A stretch of DNA of 64,000 bases from Hydrurus foetidus (Eukaryota): the NCBI GenBank assembly GCA_900617105.1, contig UYFQ01000539.1:62001-126000 (forward strand). Reading direction: 5' to 3'. Positions within the stretch are counted from its first letter, which is position 1. Every line of letters begins with the position of its first letter. Both the position numbers and the translations under genes were made by a program. Below are positions 56,362 through 64,000 of this stretch, one piece after another. Under the pieces are notes generated by a model, which was not told the DNA's origin, ran no database searches, and saw nothing but the letters and a program-made list of their open reading frames with translations.

Positions 56362-59300
56362 TTAGACGTAGTCTAACCTGAATTCTCTTGGAATTAGGTG
56401 ACGTAGATTCTTACTTATAAGAAAATTGTGTAGTTTGTCTGTTTTTCTTAGACTTCGCCACGGTTCCCAGGTATTACTTTCTGAGGGATAATTGAGCCAT
56501 TTGACCTCAAATTCTAAAGCTCCATAAGATGAAATATTTCCCCTCATATCTATGATCTCTTCGATGAAGAATTCTAAATAATCTCGACGTGCTACATCTG
56601 TTGGATCAGTGTGCAGTGGATTAAATAAGAAAGTTTTTAATTGTGACATGTGGTATTTAACATTTTTAAGAGTAATAAGATTGAGTAGCGTATATTCTCC
56701 TTTCTTATTGCTTAGAACTCGAAGAGGACCGCGCCACAATGTGTGCATGCGTGTCTCTGGCTGTGTGCGTTGAGTAACGAGTACATATGAGCCTACCTCG
56801 AAATGTGTTATTTCCGGGTTTTGTTTCTCATTGTGTTCATCATCAGATTCCTTAAGGAGTCTTGCCGCAATTCGAATAAGATCACTTTGTATCTTTATCA
56901 TATTTGTAGATGAAATCGTTATATTTTCTGGTATGAGGTTAACTTCTCCTCTTGGGATTAAAATTCCTTCATCCATATTAATGGCGTTTCCATAGAGGAT
57001 TTGTGCCGGTGAAATTTTTGTTCTATCATTAATTGTTGTATTTAATATACGTTGAACAAATGGTAGAATTTCTTGGTAATTTTCTGTTGTTGCTCTGTCA
57101 TACGTATATGCTCGAATATGCCTGTTAACTTCCTTATTCATTCTTTCTACAATTGAATTGTGTTCCGAAGAATAGGCGAGAATTTTCTCGTGGACTGTGC
57201 CTGCGAGTTTTGTAAATTCTTCAATAACGTGGTTGGCAAAGTGAGGACCGTTGTCAGATCTAAGGAATCTTGGAGATCCGTATCTTCCGACGTGTTCCAC
57301 TAATGCTGTGCATGCCGCCTTAGCGGTAGCATCTTTTGTTGCATATAGTTCGACGAATCGTGTAAATGTGTCAATCATGACTAGAATGTATCCTTTATCA
57401 GGAAATGGTCCAATGAAATCTATGTTGAGACATTCCATTGGTTTGTATGTTGAAGTAGTATAAGTGTAAGAGTTGACTGGTATTTTTACCGCAGACATCT
57501 TTTGGCAACAAGGGCAATTTTTGATGAAAGTTTTTACTGCTTCTTTCATGCCCGGCCACACTTTCTTCTTTGTTTTTAAGTTCCGTAACGTACGTTGTAC
57601 ACCACCATGTCCGACCGTTGCGTTGTGACAACTACCAATGAGTTCATATTGCTCATTTGTCGTTAATTGTTTTTCATGTAGTGATGACATTAGTCCGGAT
57701 TTCTTTTCCATTCTGTTTAAACATAGGCGTGACATCGCGTCTGCAATGTCGTTTTCTCTTCCTGGTATGTAGCCTATCGTATAATCCAATTCCTGCAGGG
57801 CGACTCGCCATCTGCCAACCATTTCATTCTTGTCTTTTTCAATAAAGGTAAGATTTTTATGGTCCGTGAGAATTGTAAATTTACGATCCCGTAGTAGTGC
57901 GTCGAGGTAAGTACAACAATAATAGAGCGCGAAGGCTTCTTTTTGTATTGTTGACCACTTCAGTTGTGTCTTGGTAAGAGACTTACTTACGAGAGCGACG
58001 AGTTGTTTCTTCTCGTCGACTTCCTGATACAAGTAACCTCCAATACCGTAATCTGACGCATCAGTCATTAAGGTTATTGGGGCTGTATCGTGTATGAAAT
58101 ATAGCAAGGGACTCTCTGCAATTCGTTGCTTAATCATATAGAATGCATCGGCTGCTTCGTCAGTCCATATTAGCAATGTTTGCTTTTTGGATGCGTGCAG
58201 GATCATCTTTTGTAGAGGAGCAACTACGTTTGAGTGGTTCGGTACATGATCCCTAAAATAATTCGTGAGTCCGAGAAACGACCTCATTTCTGTCGTCTTT
58301 CTTGGCATCGGAAAGTCGGTCACGCCTTTTATCTTTTTGGAACTCATAGTTATACCATCCTTCGATATTTCTTTACCGACATATTCCACTTTTTTCATAC
58401 CAAGTTTTAACTTAGCTGCTTTAAGTGAAATATTCTTTTCTTCTAAACGTTGAAATATTGTTTCCAATCGTTCACAGAATTGTAAGTGACCTGTTGCGTA
58501 CACTATGATGTCGTCAAGGTACACCTCACAAATGAAGTAAATAAGACCTATTAAGACTATTGACGCCATCATTTCTTGAAAATATGATGGCGCACGTTTA
58601 GGTCCAAACGGAAGTCTTGTAAAGTGATATATGCCCATGAATGTAATGAAGGCTGTATAAATTCTTGTGCTCATCGTTATTGGTGCCTGGTGGTAGCCTG
58701 CTGTGAGGTCAATTACACCAAAGGTATCTGCTTTTGCAGCTCCAAGACGTCCTAACATGAGTCTTATATTTGGTATTGGCCAACTTGCAGATTCTGTAGC
58801 TTCATTGAGTCCACGGTAATCAATACAAAATCGGAAGGTACCATCCGGTTTGGGTGCCAGGATTACTTGAGAATAATGCGATGCATTTGACTTTACTATT
58901 ATACCACCTTTGAGCATAGTTGTCACTAGCTCTCGTATAACTGTTTGTCGTTTTGTAGACTGTATGCGTGATGCATGTCTGTTTTTGGGAACCTTCCATT
59001 GTTTCTCCATTACGGGAAGATCAAATGGTGGTATTCTTGCCGGTTCTGGTCCAAGTTCATTTTTGAACAGGACTATGTGTTTTACACATATTTCTCGAAT
59101 CCGTGCAATTTCCTCATGAGTACCTTCAATGTGAATGAGGTCTATGATATCCGTGGATGTGTGCGTTGAGAGCATAAAAGGAGCGAATGTGTCCTTTGAC
59201 TTGTAGTCAATTTCTTCCGGACCGAAAGGTTGAGCCTCAGGGAGATATTCCTTCTCCCTAAGTAGAGCCGCGACAAAGCCATATGTTTGGGGTGGAGTTA

Positions 59301-62300
59301 TGGAAGGGGAGATTTGGATAGCTACTTCCTTTTCTCTGTCGAGCGTGAGCTCTAAACCATCTTGTCGAGGAGAAGTCAAGTGGGTTGTTGACTTCTCACA
59401 TACTTGCAAGACGGACCCGTCTTGAACAGGGTCGGTAGCGGCCGCTACTCGAATCTGCGAACACCCATATGTCGATGTGCAATTCTTGTGTGTACAAGCA
59501 CCTCCAGACACCATGTCACCCTGCCTCAGGTTGTCTGTGTTGGAGGGTTTAGCCCCGTCCAAGTCATTATTGACTGGAGGTTCTTGGACCGCGGTGGGTT
59601 GGTTTGTGTCCGGCAGATTATTCGTGGTTAGTACCATTGAATTATCTATACGGGTCCACGGATCAGTATGGTTGTTATGGCCGAAAAATTCGGGCATAAC
59701 TTTAACTAAATTTAGATTTTTTATGGTATTTATACCTATAATTAAATCTATTTCAGAGTCTTCGGCAATGCGGACTGGAAGAGAAAAGATGTATTTTAAA
59801 GAATCTTTTTTAAATGATACAACAATATCAAGCACAGATTTGGATTCAATACACTTATTATCTAAACCAGAACAAATCCACATAGGTGAATCGGAGTCGC
59901 GTAAGCGGTGTTCGCCCCGTAGGCCCTCGAGGACTCTACGGTTAATGACGTCACCGACTTCGCACCCCGTATCTATCTGCGCCAGTGCATCCATGCCTCT
60001 ACTTTGAGGAGTAGGGCTTGTTGGAGCTGCTGGAGGATCCTTCCTTTTCTTTCGCCTTGTCGCGCGCGAAGGCCTCTCGCTCGTTGCGTTGGCGGTCGCG
60101 GTCGCGGTTGTCGTTGCCTGCTTGTGCGCGGTCGTCTTTGCGAGGGTGCTCGTCTTGTCTTGGGCCATACTGATCTGCGGGAGAGATATGTTGACTTGTA
60201 AGTAATCATTTACTTTTTCAGGTAGTATTGCTGAAAGTAATGTACGTGTTCGAGGTAAGTCGATACGCGGTAAAATTGCGACACTGACAGGTGGTGTTGA
60301 AAACTCACTTCTTCGTCTGTCGTCGTACGCCGGCTTTTTAACCTTGCTGTATGGTGGTGCACTGGTGCCTTGCCGAGGGTTTGACTTTTGTTGGGTGTTA
60401 CCCATGTCAATGTCCTCTTCTTCCGTGGGGAATTCGAAGTTAGTCGGGACGTGGATTTGTTTTCGCTCCCGGGATACTCCGCCCGATGGAAGATGTGCAT
60501 CGATTACAAAATGTTTGTGACCGAGCCGTTTCCATTCGATCCCCATGAGGGATTCGGACCACATTTTGTGCGAGTTGTTGCAATGCTCGTTCATGTGGAA
60601 TCGGCAATTGTAACGGTTGTGTCCGCTGCGTCCACAGGTGTGGCACAGCTTGGTGTTGCGGTCAAGGCCGGGGTAATGATGTACCTCTGGCTGACGCTTT
60701 GCGATCGCCTTGTATGGTGGTGCGCGTGTGTCCTCCTCTGGATGGAATCCCACTGCGTGCAGGTTGGAGGAGTATGATGCATTAGACAACGAGCTTCGTT
60801 GTCTTTTTGCCTCCTCGGAAGTTGGGCTGTCTGGAGTGGTCCAGCGGTATCTGCTGTTCCCCAACTCCGCTGCGTCGTTGACGCATTGACGTGCGATGTT
60901 GAGGTGGTCGCTGAGTCGCATGTACATGTCTTGGATGGTGTCTCTTTTTGTCTTCTTTATGGCTGTCTTTGTGGCCTCCAAGAATTTCATCCCGAGTGCG
61001 TTTTCTGCTGGAAGCTTTTTGTAAAATGCTTTGCAGATTTCGTTCTCGCGCTCAGGTGTGAGGTCGGTTCGGTCTGGGTAGTACAGGCTGATGATCTCCT
61101 CAAACCGAGTGATCGATGCCTCTTCGACGTATGCGTCAGCAAAGTCGTAAGCAAACTTGTAAGCTCTGATCTTCTCATTACAATCGTAGGTCGTGTTGGA
61201 CGTCCTAGTTGCTTGTGAGAAGCAGGCTGTCAAGTCCTTTGCGATTTGTCGGATCGATAGGGTGACCCCGCGGATGACTGGCCAAGTGGAACATTCAGGT
61301 TGGGTGTACCCAAGGACTGCCTTCATTCCATTGAGTCTGAACCTTATAGGTACCAGGGCATTCTCGGTAATGATCTGCTTCCAATGTGTTTTGAAATTGG
61401 GCAGGTTGGCTTGGTCGTGGAATGCCTGGATGGTCGCGGGACCATCTGTCAAGAGTTTTTCGGCGTTGAGCATGAATACCTCATTCATATTGATGAGTGT
61501 ACGTTGTTGTTGATAATTCTCGTCTGATAAGACTGAGGTATCACTCTGCTCATTGTCGATGTCTTCCTCCACCTTGCGTCTGCGTGCAGCCTCTGTTGTT
61601 TTTAATTTCAACGCGGCGCTTGTCGCCGCAGACGTCTTCGGTTTTGGCCTCTGAGTAGGGATGGTCTTTTTAGACACATCTTCCTTTGACTCTTTTGCTG
61701 ATGCAGTTTTTGACTGCTCTGCCTTTTTTGTCTTTTGTGGAACGGTGATCTTTTTTCTTGTGGAAATCTTTTTTGTTTGTCTTGGCGGAGACTTAGTCTT
61801 GCGCTTCTCAGGAGATGTGGATTCAACTGACTCGTCTGACGATCGATCGTCCTCATCCGACACTGACTCCGCAACTATCACGTTATCGTCGTCGTTGTCG
61901 TTGATTTCCTCGTCGTTTTCGATCTCGCCCTCATCCTCCTCGTCCTCTCCCGACTCTAAGTCCACCTCCATCGAGGTTTGAACCCTGGTCGTTCGAGATG
62001 ATTTTCTGACGGGGATGGGCTCACTCTCGATTGACTTAGCATCATCAAGGATATCTTGTTCGTTTGCTTTCTTGTCTTTCTCGTTGCCTCCTCTTCTTCG
62101 TTTTGGTCTGCCTTTTGGGCTTCCCTCTACGTCGATGGTTTTGGCAACTGAGGTGCTAGAGCACGGACGAGATCGAGCGCAGATCTCGCGTTCTCGTCTC
62201 TCGTCTTCGTTCGTTGCCTCTAGGACATATGCAATCATGGCCACTTCGTCTTCAGTCGTTGCGTCTGATGTCTTTTGAGCATCTTGTATACGCTTGCGTT

Positions 62301-62538
62301 CTGAAGACCGTTCGGAGTTGCGGGCGGCAATCTCGTCGGGAATGCGTGTGGCAGTGGCTGAGGCCTTTATGGCTTGTCTGGCCATGAGTGATTTGCTTCT
62401 AGCAATGTTTTCTGCTCTCATCTTCTCCTCGGCCTTTCGTGCCTTGCGAATGCTAAGCATTGTCGCGCTTGGTAGGCCGAGGGAAGTAGTAATTGCTCCT
62501 GGGGAGGCTGATTTGTCGAGGATATCTTGAGCTTCCAT
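56362..62538 (-). CDS. Gag-Pol polyprotein (Gag, CCHC knuckle, protease, RT, RNase H, integrase, GPY/F-like module, chromodomain)
   Basis: Uninterrupted ORF (open from 62703; first ATG at 62538). Motifs: CHTCGRSGHNRYNC, IDTGC, FCIDYRGLN, YLDDII, TDASDYGIG, H..H..CPCC, IDFIGP/SDNGPHF/VERMNKE, WRGPL, FFIEEI..VKWLNYP..NTWEP. Confidence 0.96.
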   Translation of the reverse strand: MEAQDILDKSASPGAITTSLGLPSATMLSIRKARKAEEKMRAENIARSKSLMARQAIKASATATRIPDEIAARNSERSSERKRIQDAQKTSDATTEDEVAMIAYVLEATNEDERREREICARSRPCSSTSVAKTIDVEGSPKGRPKRRRGGNEKDKKANEQDILDDAKSIESEPIPVRKSSRTTRVQTSMEVDLESGEDEEDEGEIENDEEINDNDDDNVIVAESVSDEDDRSSDESVESTSPEKRKTKSPPRQTKKISTRKKITVPQKTKKAEQSKTASAKESKEDVSKKTIPTQRPKPKTSAATSAALKLKTTEAARRRKVEEDIDNEQSDTSVLSDENYQQQRTLINMNEVFMLNAEKLLTDGPATIQAFHDQANLPNFKTHWKQIITENALVPIRFRLNGMKAVLGYTQPECSTWPVIRGVTLSIRQIAKDLTACFSQATRTSNTTYDCNEKIRAYKFAYDFADAYVEEASITRFEEIISLYYPDRTDLTPERENEICKAFYKKLPAENALGMKFLEATKTAIKKTKRDTIQDMYMRLSDHLNIARQCVNDAAELGNSRYRWTTPDSPTSEEAKRQRSSLSNASYSSNLHAVGFHPEEDTRAPPYKAIAKRQPEVHHYPGLDRNTKLCHTCGRSGHNRYNCRFHMNEHCNNSHKMWSESLMGIEWKRLGHKHFVIDAHLPSGGVSRERKQIHVPTNFEFPTEEEDIDMGNTQQKSNPRQGTSAPPYSKVKKPAYDDRRRSEFSTPPVSVAILPRIDLPRTRTLLSAILPEKVNDYLQVNISLPQISMAQDKTSTLAKTTAHKQATTTATATANATSERPSRATRRKKRKDPPAAPTSPTPQSRGMDALAQIDTGCEVGDVINRRVLEGLRGEHRLRDSDSPMWICSGLDNKCIESKSVLDIVVSFKKDSLKYIFSLPVRIAEDSEIDLIIGINTIKNLNLVKVMPEFFGHNNHTDPWTRIDNSMVLTTNNLPDTNQPTAVQEPPVNNDLDGAKPSNTDNLRQGDMVSGGACTHKNCTSTYGCSQIRVAAATDPVQDGSVLQVCEKSTTHLTSPRQDGLELTLDREKEVAIQISPSITPPQTYGFVAALLREKEYLPEAQPFGPEEIDYKSKDTFAPFMLSTHTSTDIIDLIHIEGTHEEIARIREICVKHIVLFKNELGPEPARIPPFDLPVMEKQWKVPKNRHASRIQSTKRQTVIRELVTTMLKGGIIVKSNASHYSQVILAPKPDGTFRFCIDYRGLNEATESASWPIPNIRLMLGRLGAAKADTFGVIDLTAGYHQAPITMSTRIYTAFITFMGIYHFTRLPFGPKRAPSYFQEMMASIVLIGLIYFICEVYLDDIIVYATGHLQFCERLETIFQRLEEKNISLKAAKLKLGMKKVEYVGKEISKDGITMSSKKIKGVTDFPMPRKTTEMRSFLGLTNYFRDHVPNHSNVVAPLQKMILHASKKQTLLIWTDEAADAFYMIKQRIAESPLLYFIHDTAPITLMTDASDYGIGGYLYQEVDEKKQLVALVSKSLTKTQLKWSTIQKEAFALYYCCTYLDALLRDRKFTILTDHKNLTFIEKDKNEMVGRWRVALQELDYTIGYIPGRENDIADAMSRLCLNRMEKKSGLMSSLHEKQLTTNEQYELIGSCHNATVGHGGVQRTLRNLKTKKKVWPGMKEAVKTFIKNCPCCQKMSAVKIPVNSYTYTTSTYKPMECLNIDFIGPFPDKGYILVMIDTFTRFVELYATKDATAKAACTALVEHVGRYGSPRFLRSDNGPHFANHVIEEFTKLAGTVHEKILAYSSEHNSIVERMNKEVNRHIRAYTYDRATTENYQEILPFVQRILNTTINDRTKISPAQILYGNAINMDEGILIPRGEVNLIPENITISSTNMIKIQSDLIRIAARLLKESDDEHNEKQNPEITHFEVGSYVLVTQRTQPETRMHTLWRGPLRVLSNKKGEYTLLNLITLKNVKYHMSQLKTFLFNPLHTDPTDVARRDYLEFFIEEIIDMRGNISSYGALEFEVKWLNYPSESNTWEPWRSLRKTDKLHNFLISKNLRHLIPREFRLDYV

Positions 62539-63099
62539 TGTCTTCGTCTTCGCTACGATAATGGTCGGTAGTTTATTGAAGGGACCGCGACGGAACTCGG
62601 ACGCGGTGAATTCAGGGAGAGGAAGGATAGGTTGAACTTTTGTGAAGACTGGTAGGTGTAGAGTGGAGTAGTAGAAAAAGGAGGATTGGATTGGTTTGGT
62701 CAATTTCGGGAGGAAATTGACGAGAATTTCGGGAGGAAATTTCTCGGCGAGGCCTGCAGAGCGGGCAATCCCACGAACGGAGCGTTGCTATTGGGTCTCT
62801 AAGTAGCGCTTTCGATGCTGAAAGCTACTACTGGCGTGTCGGCTTTCGTGTGACGAAAGTTTTCGATGGGATTTCTTGATTTAGCGAGGAATCGCTGAGA
62901 TCGAGCTTCGTTAAGACGAAGAGATAGAGGCTGTCGCTTTGCGAATCAACTCTCTATATAGTCTAATAGTCGTTTCTGTTACAGAAAGCTATTGACAATC
63001 TCTTTTCGCTTCGAAAATGAGTCGGCTAGCGGTTTGGGAAATCTTGATTTGGTAATCGGCTTTCGTCTTGAAAGGCTAGCTGATTCCAAGTAAGCTTAC

Positions 63100-63323
63100 T
63101 GTGGTCTCACTGAGGCCTGGGCAGGAACGGGAATCCGGACGGCGGAGGGCAAAGGGGAAGTGGCTGTGGAACGATGCTAAAGGATAGCAATGTGATTAGC
63201 TTACAGATAAGCACAGCAGATATCACGCAACAAATCGTATGGATCGGATCGTCCTCGATCCGAACCGTGCGTACGTTTGTACCCGAACCCGGTATACCCG
63301 GTATACTCGGTGTACGGGTCACA
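63100..63323 (-). repeat. Gypsy 5' LTR
   Basis: TGTGACCC...GACCACA on the minus strand; matches 55925-56148. Confidence 0.95.
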
Positions 63324-64000
63324 CCATCTTGAATGATCCAGTCCGGTTGTGAGTGTTAAGCATCACAATACAGTCTTCGGTGCGAGATTCCATCGTGTTC
63401 TTGGTGTTGGGAAAGGTGCATACGGCATAGTCTCCGAACGCCGCACGAAAGTCCATGGTCCCGTCAACCCTCCGTCCGGAAAAAAGTTCTCGCGGCGAGA
63501 GACCCCCGCGCTGCGATCCTGATTGCTGACAGTTGATACGAGAGACACAGTATAAGGCAAGCATAGTGTTACCCAAGTCAGTCAGCGTAAATGGAAGTCG
63601 TCCGCAGGTGTGTGCTCGAAACTGTTCTTTAACCATTTGGATTCTAGGCTCGATTCTGGTAACATGCCCCCCAGCTGCGCTGATATCAACCTCGATCCCA
63701 GCAGCCATGAGATTAGGCACGATTTTTCCTATAGCACCTTCCCCGTCGCTCATGATAACTCGGACTGAAAAGTTCCTAGAAGCTAGGGTACGTATCATAT
63801 CATCTAGCGCACCCTTCACCACGGGCGTTGATCGAGAGGGTTTCGAGAAATCTAGTCGTATGAGGCTGCTGGCGAGGGTCAAGTCCAGAGGGCTAGAAAC
63901 GCCAAGAAGTTCCGATGTATTATCGATGAAAGCAATGTCCACACTTAAGACTTGCTCCACTTGTGCTAGCGCAGGTGTTAGCGAGACGTCCGACACCGGC
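63324..64000 (-). pseudogene. Copia integrase core fragment upstream of the gypsy insertion
   Basis: DDE-type motifs. The frame continues across the insertion: ..TGSFK|MLSLTSGKIVTRDQF. Confidence 0.88.

Larger units (their letters stand above)
55925..63323 (-). mobile_element. Full-length Ty3/gypsy LTR retrotransposon with chromodomain (chromovirus-like), 7399 bp
   Basis: Two 224-bp TG...CA LTRs with 3 mismatches, a PPT, a single gag-pol ORF, and an imperfect 4-bp TSD (GCAT 55921-55924 / CCAT 63324-63327). Confidence 0.97.
53138..64000 (-). mobile_element. Degenerate Ty1/copia LTR retrotransposon (CoDi-like), split by a nested gypsy element; 5' part runs off the window
   Basis: INT-RT-RH order: integrase LSVDIAF..SDGEG..HVTRIE (63324-64000); RT LKARLVAGG, LKKALYGCVESANLWY, VHVDDLL; RNase H VDASYG, SSTEAEL, QDNQS, RTRHIQIRYF, ANVLTKPLQG. 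Confidence 0.92.

Overview
This is an AT-rich, intron-containing eukaryotic window. A flagellated, plastid-bearing stramenopile (ochrophyte/chrysophyte-like) is inferred from a GPCR-PIP kinase, ARMC2, a signal peptide followed by a Phe-start transit peptide, and a Ty1/copia element resembling diatom CoDi elements. Positions 1-53.1 kb hold about 12 genes, several in head-to-head pairs: TBCC, GPCR-PIPK, NDUFAF3/Mth938, MetAP2, a monoacylglycerol-lipase-like hydrolase, a prolyl 4-hydroxylase with VHL-beta-like N-terminal domains, selenoprotein K with an in-frame UGA, a large coiled-coil protein, a DUF218-like protein, a CUE+Smr (Cue2-like) protein, ARMC2 and a plastid-targeted repeat protein. The region also contains two palindromic MITE-like insertions and intronic microsatellites. 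Positions 53.1-64 kb hold a degenerate copia retrotransposon with an intact 7.4-kb chromodomain-bearing Ty3/gypsy element inserted into it. The main leads are the P4H-VHL 'writer-reader' fusion, the hidden selenoprotein with no obvious canonical SECIS, an intron with (GU)n at its 5' end and (CA)n in place of the polypyrimidine tract, and the gypsy element's non-canonical primer-binding site. All gene models, alignments and family calls were made by eye without database searches, so exon edges are approximate.
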